DNA of 64,000 nt from Candidatus Eiseniibacteriota bacterium (lineage in GTDB: Bacteria; Eisenbacteria; RBG-16-71-46): the NCBI GenBank assembly GCA_046327815.1, contig JAXLXR010000001.1, forward strand, positions 260,185 through 324,184, written 5' to 3'. Position numbers and translations under genes: made by a program. Positions 30,861 through 40,899 of this stretch are shown one piece after another. A model generated the notes under the pieces. It did not search any database, was not told the origin of the DNA, and was given only the letters and a program-made list of their open reading frames with translations. Positions within the stretch are counted from its first letter, which is position 1. Each line of letters starts with the position of its first letter.

Positions 30861-31879
30861 TGGCGCTTCCGGGCGGGCGTTCGCCGAAGACCATGATCCT
30901 GCTCGGGGCGAAGATCGTCGCCTCGTTCGCGCTCTTCTGGTGGCTCTACCACCGCGTGGACTGGGTGAACGCCGAAAACACGATCGCCCACGCGAAGCTC
31001 GAATGGCTCGGCGCCGCGTTCGGCATGCTGTTCCTGAGCAACATCGGCGGTGCCGCGCAGTGGAACCGGCTGCTGCGTGCGGCGGGCATCGAACTGCCGT
31101 TCTGGAAGGTCGTGGCCTACTACCACGTCGGCCTGTTCTTCAACAATTTCCTGCCCGCGAACGTCGGCGGCGACTTCGCGCGCGTGCTCGACGCCTCGCG
31201 CGCGAGCGACGTGTCGCGGACAACCGCGTTCTCGACCGTGCTGCTCGACCGCATGATCGGCACCGTCGCGCTCGGCGCGCTCGCGGTGCTCACGACGTTG
31301 CCCGCGCTCGACGACCAGCACATCCATTTCGAGATGCTGCTCGGGCTGTGGGGGGGCGCCACCGCGTTCTTCTTCGTGACCGTGCTCATGCTCTGGGCGG
31401 TGTTCCATCCCCGCCTGCTCGCGGCGATCGAGGGGCTGCTCGGCCGCGTCGGCCTCGGGCAGCTCAAGCCCGCGCTGGACGAGCTTTCGGAGCGGCTGGC
31501 GCTCTACCGGGGGCAGCGGCGAATGTTCATGGAATTGTTCGCCATCGCGCTCACCGTGCAGGTCCTGCGCATCGGCGTGCACATCCTGGTGGCCCGCGCG
31601 CTCGGCCTGAGCGTCCCGACGGCCTACTTCTTCCTTTTCGTGCCGTTGCTGGCGGTGATAGTTTCGCTGCCCATCTCATTCAATGGCATCGGGGTACGTG
31701 AAGGCGCGGGGATCTTCCTGTTCGGCCTGGTCGGGCTCGGGCAGGCGGCCGCGTTCTCGCTGCAGTTCACGACGTACCTCGTTGCCTTCGCGGTCAGCTT
31801 GATCGGGGGCATCGTGTTCCTGGTCCGCATCCCGCATCGCCGGGCGGAATCCCGGACTCCACGGAGGCCTGAGGAATGA
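30860..31879 (+). CDS. LPG_synthase_TM / flippase-like (UPF0104) membrane protein
   Basis: Polytopic; conserved YYHVGLFFNNFLPANVGGDFAR loop typical of the lysylphosphatidylglycerol-synthase TM-region family. Confidence 0.65.
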   Translation: MALPGGRSPKTMILLGAKIVASFALFWWLYHRVDWVNAENTIAHAKLEWLGAAFGMLFLSNIGGAAQWNRLLRAAGIELPFWKVVAYYHVGLFFNNFLPANVGGDFARVLDASRASDVSRTTAFSTVLLDRMIGTVALGALAVLTTLPALDDQHIHFEMLLGLWGGATAFFFVTVLMLWAVFHPRLLAAIEGLLGRVGLGQLKPALDELSERLALYRGQRRMFMELFAIALTVQVLRIGVHILVARALGLSVPTAYFFLFVPLLAVIVSLPISFNGIGVREGAGIFLFGLVGLGQAAAFSLQFTTYLVAFAVSLIGGIVFLVRIPHRRAESRTPRRPEE

Positions 31880-34518
31880 ACTCGAACACGAGAGTGGCCG
31901 GCCTGGTCGCTCTCCTCGTCTTCCTGATCACCGCGGTGGTGTACTTCCTGACGCTCACCCCCACGGTGCCGTTCTGGGATTCCGGCGAGTTCATCGGTGT
32001 GTCGTGGATCCTCGGCATTCCGCACCCCCCGGGTACGCCGTTCTACGTGCTGGTCGGGCGCATCGCCACGCTGCTGCCGATCGGCAGCGTCGCGCAGCGC
32101 GTCAACGGGCTGTCCGCGGTCGCCGGCGCCCTCTGCGTGTTCCTCACGTACCTGTCCATCCTGCGCATGGCGCGCCTGTCGCAGGGCGGCGAGCGCAAGG
32201 CGTGGCACGAGTGGGCGGCCATCGCGGGCGCGGCCTGCGGCGCGCTCATGCTCGCGTTCAGCGACACGTTCTGGGAGAACTCGACCGAGGCCGAGGTCTA
32301 CCAGATGATGAGCCTGGCCCAGATCCTCGTGTTCTGGCTCGGCCTGAAGTGGTGGGAGGCGCACGAGACCAAGCCCACCGTCGGCCCGCTGCTGCTCGCC
32401 ACGTTCATCATGTGGCTGAGCGTCGGCCTGCACCTCGGCGTCGGCGTCATGGGCGCGCCGCTGCTCGTGCTGGTCATGATGGTGGACTGGAAGGTCGGCA
32501 TGCTGTTCGTGCTGCCGTTCCTCGGGCTGCTGCGCGTGCCCGCGGGCCTCGAGAAGATGGCCGGCGCCGTGCTGCTGTTCTCGGTGGTCCAGAACTTCTG
32601 GTTCGTGTCGCAGAAGAAGCTCGAAGGCTGGCTCGCGACGGTCGCCGCGGCCGGCGCCGCGTTCGGGTTCTACTACGCGTCCTCGGACAAGGACTTCACG
32701 CCGCTCGCCGCGATCGTCGCCACGGCCGCGGTGGTCGTGCCACTCGCGTTCATGGCGGTGAAGCACAAGGAAGGGCGCGTCGGCCTGCTGATCCTGTTCC
32801 TCATGGTCGCGGGCTACTCGACCCACCTGTACCTGCCGATCCGCGCGGCGCAGCACCCCGGCATCAACGAGGGCGCGCCCGCCACGTGGAACTCGCTGCG
32901 CGACCTGCTCGAGCGCAAGCAGTACGGCGAGATGAGCATGACCGACTCGGACCGCGACGGCGTGTTCGACCGGCGCGGCATGACGACGTTCGAGGAAATC
33001 GCCGCGATCCAGCTCGACAAGGAGTTCTGGCGCTACTTCAGCCGCCAGTGGCCGATCATCCCGGGCGGCGCACCGCCCTTCTCGGCGCTGCTCCCGATCC
33101 TGCTCGGCATCGCCGGCGGCGTGTGGGCGTTCGCGAAGGACAAGCGGAGCTTCGCGTACAACTTCGTGTTCCTCGGGTTGAACACGGCCGGGCTCATCGT
33201 GTTCCTCAACTTCAGCAGCCACGAGGTGCGCGAGCGCGACTACTTCTTCCAGTCGGGCTACCACGCCTACGCCATGTGGATCGGCCTCGGCGTGGTGTGG
33301 CTGATCGCCTGGATCCGCGAGTCGTTCGCGGAAGGGCCGGGGCAGAAGTGGGCGACGATCGGCGCCGGCGTGCTGCTCTGCGCCCAGCCGTTCCTGCTCA
33401 TGAAGAACCTGTACTTCACGCACGACCGCAGCGGGAACTACATCGCGCGCGACTACGCCTACAACATGCTCGCGCCGCTCGCGCCGAACTCGTTCATGTT
33501 CACGAACGGCGACAACGACACGTTCCCGCTCTGGTACATCCAGCAGGTCGAGGGCTTCCGCAAGGACGTCCGCATCGTGAACCTGAGCCTGCTGAACACC
33601 GACTGGTACATCCGCCAGCTGCGCGACGAGGACCCGAAGCTCCCGATCACGTTCGACGACCGCATGGTGGACGCGCTCGGCGCCGGCATCGTGCAGGACG
33701 ACAAGGGCAACTACGTCCAGACGAACGAGGTCATGGTCCACCACCTGCTGCAGAACGCGCACAACGCCGACGGGACCTGGAAGCGGCAGCCGTACTTCGC
33801 CGTCACGGTGCCCGAGCACTACGGCTACGAGCGCCAGTTCCTGCTCGAAGGTCTCGTGAACCGCGTGCTGCCCGACACGGTCGGCGCGGGCGTGGACGAG
33901 GCGGCGACGCGCAAGGCGCTGTACGAGACGTTCCAGTACCGCGGCCTGTTCAACCCCGACGGCAGCAAGAACGAGAAGGTCTACAAGGACGAGAACTCGG
34001 AGACCCTGGCGCGCAACTACGCCGCGGCGCATCTCCAGCTCGCGTTCCACTACCGCCGCAAGGGCGACCTTCCGGCCGCGATCTCCGAGATGCAGGCGGT
34101 CGTGCGCGGCTTCCCGGACTTCCCGGAAGTGCAGATGCCGCTGGGCACGTTCTACATGGAAGCCGGCGACACCGCGAAGGCGATGGCGTTCTTCGCGGAC
34201 GTGGCGAAGCACAACCCGAACAACCCCGAGGCGCGCTACTACCACGGCGCCGCGCTCGCGGTCGAAGGCGACGTGAACGGCGCGATGCGCGAGTTCGACG
34301 CGGCGATCGCGCTCGACCCGAGCTACGACCAGCCGTACTTCGGCGCCTACTCGACGCTGCGCACGCTGGGGCAGGAGGAGCGCGCGTTCTCGTACCTGCA
34401 GCAGTGGGCGCAGCGCAACCCGAACGACCCGCGTGCCGCGAGCATCCTCGGCGTCGGCGGCGGTGCGGGCGGTCCTTCTCCGGGCGGCTCGCGTCCGCCC
34501 GTCACGCAGGTTCCGTAA
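31876..34518 (+). CDS. DUF2723 (PMT-like GT-C fold) membrane protein fused to C-terminal TPR repeats
   Basis: N-terminal motif PTVPFWDSGEF.....GIPHPPGTPFY characteristic of DUF2723; ~11 TM helices; C-terminal ~250 aa with TPR-like repeats. Confidence 0.75.
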   Translation: MNSNTRVAGLVALLVFLITAVVYFLTLTPTVPFWDSGEFIGVSWILGIPHPPGTPFYVLVGRIATLLPIGSVAQRVNGLSAVAGALCVFLTYLSILRMARLSQGGERKAWHEWAAIAGAACGALMLAFSDTFWENSTEAEVYQMMSLAQILVFWLGLKWWEAHETKPTVGPLLLATFIMWLSVGLHLGVGVMGAPLLVLVMMVDWKVGMLFVLPFLGLLRVPAGLEKMAGAVLLFSVVQNFWFVSQKKLEGWLATVAAAGAAFGFYYASSDKDFTPLAAIVATAAVVVPLAFMAVKHKEGRVGLLILFLMVAGYSTHLYLPIRAAQHPGINEGAPATWNSLRDLLERKQYGEMSMTDSDRDGVFDRRGMTTFEEIAAIQLDKEFWRYFSRQWPIIPGGAPPFSALLPILLGIAGGVWAFAKDKRSFAYNFVFLGLNTAGLIVFLNFSSHEVRERDYFFQSGYHAYAMWIGLGVVWLIAWIRESFAEGPGQKWATIGAGVLLCAQPFLLMKNLYFTHDRSGNYIARDYAYNMLAPLAPNSFMFTNGDNDTFPLWYIQQVEGFRKDVRIVNLSLLNTDWYIRQLRDEDPKLPITFDDRMVDALGAGIVQDDKGNYVQTNEVMVHHLLQNAHNADGTWKRQPYFAVTVPEHYGYERQFLLEGLVNRVLPDTVGAGVDEAATRKALYETFQYRGLFNPDGSKNEKVYKDENSETLARNYAAAHLQLAFHYRRKGDLPAAISEMQAVVRGFPDFPEVQMPLGTFYMEAGDTAKAMAFFADVAKHNPNNPEARYYHGAALAVEGDVNGAMREFDAAIALDPSYDQPYFGAYSTLRTLGQEERAFSYLQQWAQRNPNDPRAASILGVGGGAGGPSPGGSRPPVTQVP

Positions 34519-34530
34519 GGAGCGCGAACG

Positions 34531-35484
34531 ATGGCCGTGCATGCGCTGGTGACCGGAGCGGCGGGGTTCATCGGGTCCACGCTGTCGGAGCGTCTGCTCG
34601 CCGACGGCGTGACCGTGACCGGCGTGGACTGCTTCACCGACTACTACGACGTGCGCCTCAAGCGGAAGAACCTCGAGAAGGCGCTCGCGCACCCGGGCTT
34701 CACGCTGCTCGAACTCGACCTCGGCGCCGCGGATCTCGCCGCGCTGCCGAAGGTGGACGTGGTATTCCACCAGGCGGCGCAGGCCGGCGTGCGGGCGTCG
34801 TGGGGCAAGGACTTCGCGTCCTACGCGCACCACAACGTGCTCGCCACCCAGCGGCTGCTCGAACGCTACCGCGACGAGACGCTGCAGCGCTTCGTGTACG
34901 CGTCGTCGTCGAGCGTGTACGGCGACGCCGAGCGCTACCCGACCGACGAGCAGCTGTTGCCGCGGCCGTTCTCGCCGTACGGCGTCACGAAGCTGGCGGC
35001 CGAGCACCTCGTGCTGCTCTACGGGCGCAACTTCGGCATCCCGGTCTCGGCGCTGCGCTACTTCACCGTGTACGGGCCGCGCCAGCGTCCCGACATGGCG
35101 TTCCACAAGTTCTGCAAGGCCATGCTGCAGGGTGACGAGATCCCGGTGTACGGCGACGGACGGCAGTCGCGCGACTTCACGTTCATCAGTGACGCGATCG
35201 AGGCGAACGTGCGCGCGTGGCAGCGCAGCGCCCCGCAGGGCGTGTACAACATCGGCGGCGGCTCGCAGGTGGACGTGCTCGAGGCGGTCGCCCTGCTCGA
35301 GGAGGCGCTCGGCGTGAAGGCGAAGCTGCGCTTCGAGCCGCGCCCGCCGGGCGATCCGCTGCGCACGCGCGCCGACGCGACCCGCCTGCGCGCCGACCTC
35401 GACTACGAGACCAAGGTGCCGATCCGCGAGGGCCTGTTCGCGGAAGCCGAGTGGGCGAAGACGCTCTACGGGGCGAAGGCGTGA
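34531..35484 (+). CDS. NAD-dependent nucleotide-sugar epimerase/dehydratase (extended SDR)
   Basis: GAAGFIGS Rossmann motif, catalytic SSSSVYG and YGVTK (YxxxK). Confidence 0.85.
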   Translation: MAVHALVTGAAGFIGSTLSERLLADGVTVTGVDCFTDYYDVRLKRKNLEKALAHPGFTLLELDLGAADLAALPKVDVVFHQAAQAGVRASWGKDFASYAHHNVLATQRLLERYRDETLQRFVYASSSSVYGDAERYPTDEQLLPRPFSPYGVTKLAAEHLVLLYGRNFGIPVSALRYFTVYGPRQRPDMAFHKFCKAMLQGDEIPVYGDGRQSRDFTFISDAIEANVRAWQRSAPQGVYNIGGGSQVDVLEAVALLEEALGVKAKLRFEPRPPGDPLRTRADATRLRADLDYETKVPIREGLFAEAEWAKTLYGAKA

Positions 35485-36422
35485 GCACCGAACCCCGCAT
35501 CTCGGCGGTGATCCCGGCCTACAACGAGGCCGAGAGCCTGCCCGAGCTCCACGGCGAGCTCGTGAAATCGTTCGAGTCGTTGGGGCTCCCGTGGGAAATC
35601 CTCTACGTGGACGACGGCTCGCGCGACGGCACCGCCGAGGTGATCGAGAAGCTGTGCGCGACCGACCCGCGCGTGCGCGGGATCCTGCTGCGCCGCAACT
35701 TCGGCAAGTCCGCCGCGCTCGCGACCGGTTTCAAGGCCGTGCGCGGCGAGTTCGTGGTCACGATGGACGCCGACCTGCAGGACGACCCGGTCGAGATCCC
35801 GCGCCTGCTGGCCGAACTCGACAAGGGGCTCGACCTCGTGTCGGGCTGGAAGGTGAAGCGCCTCGACCCGATCACGAAGACGCTGCCGAGCAAGCTCTTC
35901 AACCTCGTCACGTCGTCGGTCGCGGGGGTGAAGCTCCACGACTTCAACTGCGGCTTCAAGGTCTACCGCCGCGAAGTGGTGGACGCGCTCGAGGTGTACG
36001 GCGAGCTGCACCGCTTCCTGCCCGCGCTCGCGCACTGGCGCGGATTCCGCGTGGGCGAACTGGGCGTGCACCACCGCGCCCGCAAGTTCGGTCACTCGAA
36101 GTTCGGCGCCGCACGGTTCGTGAACGGCTTCCTCGACCTCATGGCCGCGGCGTTCATCTCGACGTCGGCGCTCAAGCCGCTGCACGTGTTCGGCCGCATC
36201 GGCGTCGTGTTCCTGCTCGTCGGGCTCGGGCTCGGCGGCTGGTTCGTGGGCTCGTGGCTGCACGGCGACCCGCAGCGCGTGCGCCCGCTCATGCTGCTCG
36301 GCGTCGGCTGCGTGCTGCTCGCGATCCAGTTCATCCTCATGGGCCTGCTCGGCGAGATGATCGCGCACCAGGCCGCGCGCGCCGACTACCCGGTGCGCCG
36401 GCGCTTCAACCTGGAAGACTGA
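35481..36422 (+). CDS. GT2 polyprenol-phosphate glycosyltransferase (ArnC/GtrB/DPM1-like) with C-terminal TM helices
   Basis: AVIPAYNEAESL, YVDDGSRDGT and MDADLQDDP motifs plus two C-terminal TM segments. Confidence 0.85.
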   Translation: MSTEPRISAVIPAYNEAESLPELHGELVKSFESLGLPWEILYVDDGSRDGTAEVIEKLCATDPRVRGILLRRNFGKSAALATGFKAVRGEFVVTMDADLQDDPVEIPRLLAELDKGLDLVSGWKVKRLDPITKTLPSKLFNLVTSSVAGVKLHDFNCGFKVYRREVVDALEVYGELHRFLPALAHWRGFRVGELGVHHRARKFGHSKFGAARFVNGFLDLMAAAFISTSALKPLHVFGRIGVVFLLVGLGLGGWFVGSWLHGDPQRVRPLMLLGVGCVLLAIQFILMGLLGEMIAHQAARADYPVRRRFNLED

Positions 36423-36424
36423 GC

Positions 36425-37114
36425 GTGAAGGCCTTCGTCCTCGCGGGCGGGCTCGGGACGCGGCTGCGGCCGCGCTTCGGAGACCTGCCCAAGGCGCTCG
36501 CGCCGCTGCAGGGACGGCCGTTCCTCGCGCGCATGCTCGGATGGCTGCGCGACCGCGGGCTGCCGCACGTGGTCGTCTGCGCGGGCTACGGCGCCGACCA
36601 GCTGCGCGACGCGCTCGGCGACGGCTCCGAGTTCGGCGTGACGCTCGAGTGGTCGGTCGAGCCCGAGCCCATGGGCACGGGCGGCGCGCTCAAGCTGGCC
36701 GAACCGTTCGTGGACGGCCCGGTGCTGGTCGTGAACGGCGACACGCTCGGCGACGCCGATCCGTGGACGCTCGAGCGCGACCGCTGGGAGCGGGGCGCGA
36801 TCGGCGCGGTGTCGCTCTACCGCGTGGACGAAGCCGCCGCGCGCGGTCGCGTGGAACACGAAGGCGACCGCATCGTGCGTTTCGTCGAGAAGGACGTGGA
36901 CTACCGCGGACCCGCGTGGGTCAATGGTGGGCAGTACGCGTTCTCGCCCGAGCTCTGGCGGTACCTGCCGGCGGGCGCGAGCTCGCTGGAGCGCGACGTG
37001 CTGCCGAAGCTCGCGGCGGCGGGACGACTGGCCGGCATCGAGAACGCCGGCCGCTTCTGGGACATCGGCACGCCCGAGGACTTCGAGCGGGCGGAGCGGG
37101 AGCTGCACGCATGA
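36425..37114 (+). CDS. sugar-1-phosphate nucleotidyltransferase (HddC/D-glycero-alpha-D-manno-heptose-1-phosphate guanylyltransferase-like)
   Basis: AFVLAGGLGTRLRP nucleotidyltransferase motif; 229 aa; paired with the downstream GHMP kinase. Confidence 0.75.
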   Translation: MKAFVLAGGLGTRLRPRFGDLPKALAPLQGRPFLARMLGWLRDRGLPHVVVCAGYGADQLRDALGDGSEFGVTLEWSVEPEPMGTGGALKLAEPFVDGPVLVVNGDTLGDADPWTLERDRWERGAIGAVSLYRVDEAAARGRVEHEGDRIVRFVEKDVDYRGPAWVNGGQYAFSPELWRYLPAGASSLERDVLPKLAAAGRLAGIENAGRFWDIGTPEDFERAERELHA

Positions 37115-38145
37115 AGCCGAACCTGAACCGCTACATCCGCGCCCGTGCACCGCTGCGGCTGAGCTTCTGCGGCGGCGGCACCGACGTGTCGCCGTACCCG
37201 GAAGAGCACGGCGGCTGCGTGCTGTCGGCCACGATCAATCACTACGCGTACGCGTCGCTGCGCCCGCGCCGCGATTCGCGGCTGACGCTCGCGAGCCTCG
37301 ACTACGACCTCGTGGCGAAGTACGACCACCCGCGGCGGCTCAAGTTCGACGGCACGCTCGACCTGCTCAAGGCGGCCGTGCGCGCGCTCAAGGTGAAGCG
37401 CGGCGCCGACCTCTGGACGCATTCCGACGCGCCTCCCGGCTCGGGTCTCGGTGCGTCGAGCACGCTGATGGTCGCGCTCATCGGTGCGCTGCGCGAGTGG
37501 CTCAAGCTCGACATGACGCCGTACGACGTCGCCGAGCTGGCGTTCAAGATCGAGCGCACCGACCTCAAGCTGGCCGGCGGGCGCCAGGACCAGTACGCCG
37601 CGGCGTTCGGCGGCTTCAACTTCATCGAGTTCCTGCCCGAGGGCACGGTGGTCACGCCGCTCAAGCTGCGCCGCGACACGCTCGAGGAGCTCGAGTACCG
37701 CCTGCTCATGTGCTACATGGGCCAGACGCGCCAGAGCGCGAAGATCATCGAGCGCCAGACGAAGTCCTACCGGCAGGGCAAGGCGTCCACCGTGGCCGCG
37801 CTCGACGCGCTCAAGGCCCAGACCGTGGACATGAAGCGCGCGCTGCTGCTGGGGCAGATCGACGGTTTCGGCGAACTGCTGCACCAGGCGTGGGAGCACA
37901 AGAAGCAGCTCGACGAGGGCATCTCGAACAGCCACGTGGACAAGCTCTACCAGCTCGCGCGCAAGGAAGGCGCGATCGGCGGCAAGATGCCCGGCGCGGG
38001 CGGCGGCGGCTACTTCCTGCTGCTCACGCGCTTCGACCGCCGGCACCGCGTCGCGGCCGCGCTCGAGAAGGCGGGCGGGCAGGTCGTGCCGTTCCAGTTC
38101 GAGGCGCGCGGCGTGCGGTCGTGGTCCGTCGCGCGCGAGCGCTGA
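37111..38145 (+). CDS. GHMP-family sugar kinase (HddA/D-glycero-alpha-D-manno-heptose 7-phosphate kinase-like)
   Basis: IRARAPLRLSFCGGGTD N-terminus and PPGSGLGASS ATP-binding motif. Confidence 0.8.
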   Translation: MKPNLNRYIRARAPLRLSFCGGGTDVSPYPEEHGGCVLSATINHYAYASLRPRRDSRLTLASLDYDLVAKYDHPRRLKFDGTLDLLKAAVRALKVKRGADLWTHSDAPPGSGLGASSTLMVALIGALREWLKLDMTPYDVAELAFKIERTDLKLAGGRQDQYAAAFGGFNFIEFLPEGTVVTPLKLRRDTLEELEYRLLMCYMGQTRQSAKIIERQTKSYRQGKASTVAALDALKAQTVDMKRALLLGQIDGFGELLHQAWEHKKQLDEGISNSHVDKLYQLARKEGAIGGKMPGAGGGGYFLLLTRFDRRHRVAAALEKAGGQVVPFQFEARGVRSWSVARER

Positions 38146-38155
38146 GGGGCATCGC

Positions 38156-39313
38156 GTGAGCGCTCCGGCGCGCCGCATCGGACTCGTCGGCCCGCTGCAT
38201 CCGTGGCGGGGCGGGCTCGCGCAGTACCTCGGGCTGCTCGGCGAGGCGCTGAAGGCCCACGCCGAGGTGCGCGCGGTCACGTTCACGCGCCAGTACCCGG
38301 ACTTCCTGTTCCCGGGCACGAGCCAGTTCGACCCGAACGCGCGCCGTCCGGATTTCCCGACCGAGTCGCTGCTCGACTCGATCGGGCCCTGGTCGTGGAA
38401 GAAGACCGCCGCGCACCTCGAGCGCTTCGCGCCGGCCGCGGTGGTCCTCAAGTGGTGGATGCCGTTCTTCGCGCCGGCGTTCGCGTCGAGCGTGGGGCCG
38501 CTGCGCCGGCGAGGCACGCGCGTGATCCTCGTGTGCGACAACCTCGTGCCGCACGAGCCGAAGTTCTACGACTCGGCATTCACGGACTGGATGCTGCGCA
38601 ACTCCGACGGCTATCTCGTCATGTCGGACTCGGTGAACCGCGACCTCGACCGGCTCAAACCCGGCGCGCCGCGCCGCCGCGTGTCGCACCCGTTCTACGC
38701 CCAGTTCGACCAGAAGCGTTACGACCGCGCGTCGGCGCGCGCGAAGCTGGGGCTCACGGGCGACGTCGCGCTGTTCTTCGGGTACGTGCGGCACTACAAG
38801 GGGCTGGACACGCTGCTCGAGGCATGGCCGCTCGTGCGTGCGAAGCGGCCGGGCGCGACGCTCGTCGTGGCCGGCGAGTTCTACGAGAAGCCCGAGCCGT
38901 ACCGTGCGCTCGTGCAGGCGGCGGGCGAGGGCGCGGTGCGCCTGCTCGACCGCTACATCGCCGACGACGAGGTCGAGGCGCTGTTCCGCGCCGCGGACGT
39001 CACCGTGCTGCCGTACCGCAGCGCCACGCAGAGCGGCGTCACGCACGTCGCGTACGCGCTCGGCTGCCCGGTGATCGCGACGCACGTCGGCGGCATCACC
39101 GAGACCGTGCGCGAGAACGAGACCGGCCTGACCGCGCCGCCCGAAGACCCGCGCGCGCTCGCCGACACCATCGTGCGCTTCTTCGAGCAGGGCATGGCGC
39201 CGGCCATGGCGCCGCACATCGCGCGACTGCAGGCCGAGCATTCGTGGGAGGCGCTCGCGCACTCGACCGTGTCGCTGGTGGACGAACTGAAGCCGGGGAG
39301 GGCCTGGTCGTGA
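38156..39313 (+). CDS. glycosyltransferase family 4
   Basis: GT-B fold with C-terminal sugar-donor domain (LVVAGEFYE...SGVTHVAYALGCPVIATHVGGITETV). Confidence 0.8.
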   Translation: MSAPARRIGLVGPLHPWRGGLAQYLGLLGEALKAHAEVRAVTFTRQYPDFLFPGTSQFDPNARRPDFPTESLLDSIGPWSWKKTAAHLERFAPAAVVLKWWMPFFAPAFASSVGPLRRRGTRVILVCDNLVPHEPKFYDSAFTDWMLRNSDGYLVMSDSVNRDLDRLKPGAPRRRVSHPFYAQFDQKRYDRASARAKLGLTGDVALFFGYVRHYKGLDTLLEAWPLVRAKRPGATLVVAGEFYEKPEPYRALVQAAGEGAVRLLDRYIADDEVEALFRAADVTVLPYRSATQSGVTHVAYALGCPVIATHVGGITETVRENETGLTAPPEDPRALADTIVRFFEQGMAPAMAPHIARLQAEHSWEALAHSTVSLVDELKPGRAWS

Positions 39314-40899
39314 GCGATCCGCGCCGACCCACGCGCCGCGCCGCGCGCATCGTGGCGGTGGCTGCGTTCCTGCTGTTCGCGCTCACCGGCGGCGGGCGAA
39401 TTTCCGGCAGCGACGAAGTCACGATGTTCCAGCTCTCGCGCGCCATGCTGCACGGCGGGATCGCCGTGCCCGAGGGCGCCACGCTCGCCGGCCCCGACGG
39501 GCGGTTCTACAGCAAGAACACCGCGGGGCAGGCGGTGCTCGCGCTGCCGTTCGTGGCGGTGGGCGAGACCGCGGCCAAGGTCGCGGGCTTCCGCGAGTCG
39601 AAGGGCGAACTCGCGTCGCGGTTCGTGGCGTCGTTCCTGAACGCGCTGGTCGCCGCCGTGCTGCTGGGCGCGTTCTACGCGTTCACGCGCCGGCTCGGCG
39701 TGCGGGCGCGCGAAGCGCTCGCGGCCACGGCGCTGCTCGGCTTCACCACGCCGCTGTGGGTGTACGCGAAGAGCTTCATGGCCGAGCCGCTCGAGGCGCT
39801 CGGGCTCACGCTGGCGCTGGGCAACGCCGCGCTCGCGGGCGCGGGCGACGAGCGCTCGCTCGCCGACGAGCCGCGGCGGCTGCGCTACGCGGCCTTGGGC
39901 GCGTTCCTCGCGGTGAGCGCCAAGGCGAGCATGCTGCCGCTGGCGCTGCTCGCGCTGACCGCCATGGGCTTCCGGCGCTGGCAGCGCTGGTGGCTGCCGC
40001 TGTTCGGCGTGGCCGCGGCGATCGGCGGGCACCTGTTCTACAACTTCGCGCGCTTCCACGACCCGCTGCAGAGCGGCTACGGCGCGCAGCAGTCCGCGGC
40101 CGCGTTCTCGACGCCGCTGCTGGTCGGGCTCTACGGCCTGCTGCTGTCGTCGGGCAAGGGGCTGCTGTGGTTCGCGCCCGCGGCGTGGCTCGCGTTCGCG
40201 GGCTGGGCCGGGATGACGCGCTCGCGCCAGCACTCGAACGAGCCGCGTCACGGCCGCCCGGCGGCGCGCGCCGCGCGCGCGACGTGGGCGGTGCTGGCGG
40301 TGGCGCTCGTGCAGTTCGGCACGTTCCAGCACTGGGCGGGTGACGGATCGTGGGGCCCGCGCTACCTGGTGCCGATGCTGCCGCTGGTGTTCTTCGCCGT
40401 CGCGTTCGCGCTGCAGGGCGCGAGCCGCGCGCGCAAGCGCTGGGCGTGGGCGCTCGGGCTCGCGGGGCTGGTCGCCACGCTGGGCGGCGTCGGCATTCAC
40501 TACGGCGCCGAGATGCGCAAGGTCGGCGACTACCCCTACACGCTGCCGCTCGAACACCCGCGCTTCATGGAGTCGAGCCACTTCAACCCGCGCTTCAGCC
40601 CGCTGCTCGTGCACTGGCAGATGATCGGCGAGAACGCCGCGGCGCACGCGCGCGGCGAGATGCCGCGGATTGGGGCGCAGGCGCCCGCGCAGCCGGCGAA
40701 TACCACGTCGCGCCTCGGCATCTCGGAATCCGACCAGGCCGCGCTGCTCGGCGCGTTCGACCTGTGGTGGATGTACGCACGCTACGCCGGCATCCCTGCC
40801 GCGCCGCTCAACGCCGCCGCGCTCGTGCTCGCCGTGGCGTCCTTGTGGGGCTGTGCCGCGGCGTTCGACGCCGCGTCGCGGGACCGTGAGGACGCGTGA
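39310..40899 (+). CDS. polytopic membrane protein, GT-C-like (ArnT/PMT_2-related)
   Basis: ~12 predicted TM segments; N-terminal periplasmic loop with conserved acidic residues (SGSDEV); GTGA overlap. Confidence 0.5.
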   Translation: MSDPRRPTRRAARIVAVAAFLLFALTGGGRISGSDEVTMFQLSRAMLHGGIAVPEGATLAGPDGRFYSKNTAGQAVLALPFVAVGETAAKVAGFRESKGELASRFVASFLNALVAAVLLGAFYAFTRRLGVRAREALAATALLGFTTPLWVYAKSFMAEPLEALGLTLALGNAALAGAGDERSLADEPRRLRYAALGAFLAVSAKASMLPLALLALTAMGFRRWQRWWLPLFGVAAAIGGHLFYNFARFHDPLQSGYGAQQSAAAFSTPLLVGLYGLLLSSGKGLLWFAPAAWLAFAGWAGMTRSRQHSNEPRHGRPAARAARATWAVLAVALVQFGTFQHWAGDGSWGPRYLVPMLPLVFFAVAFALQGASRARKRWAWALGLAGLVATLGGVGIHYGAEMRKVGDYPYTLPLEHPRFMESSHFNPRFSPLLVHWQMIGENAAAHARGEMPRIGAQAPAQPANTTSRLGISESDQAALLGAFDLWWMYARYAGIPAAPLNAAALVLAVASLWGCAAAFDAASRDREDA

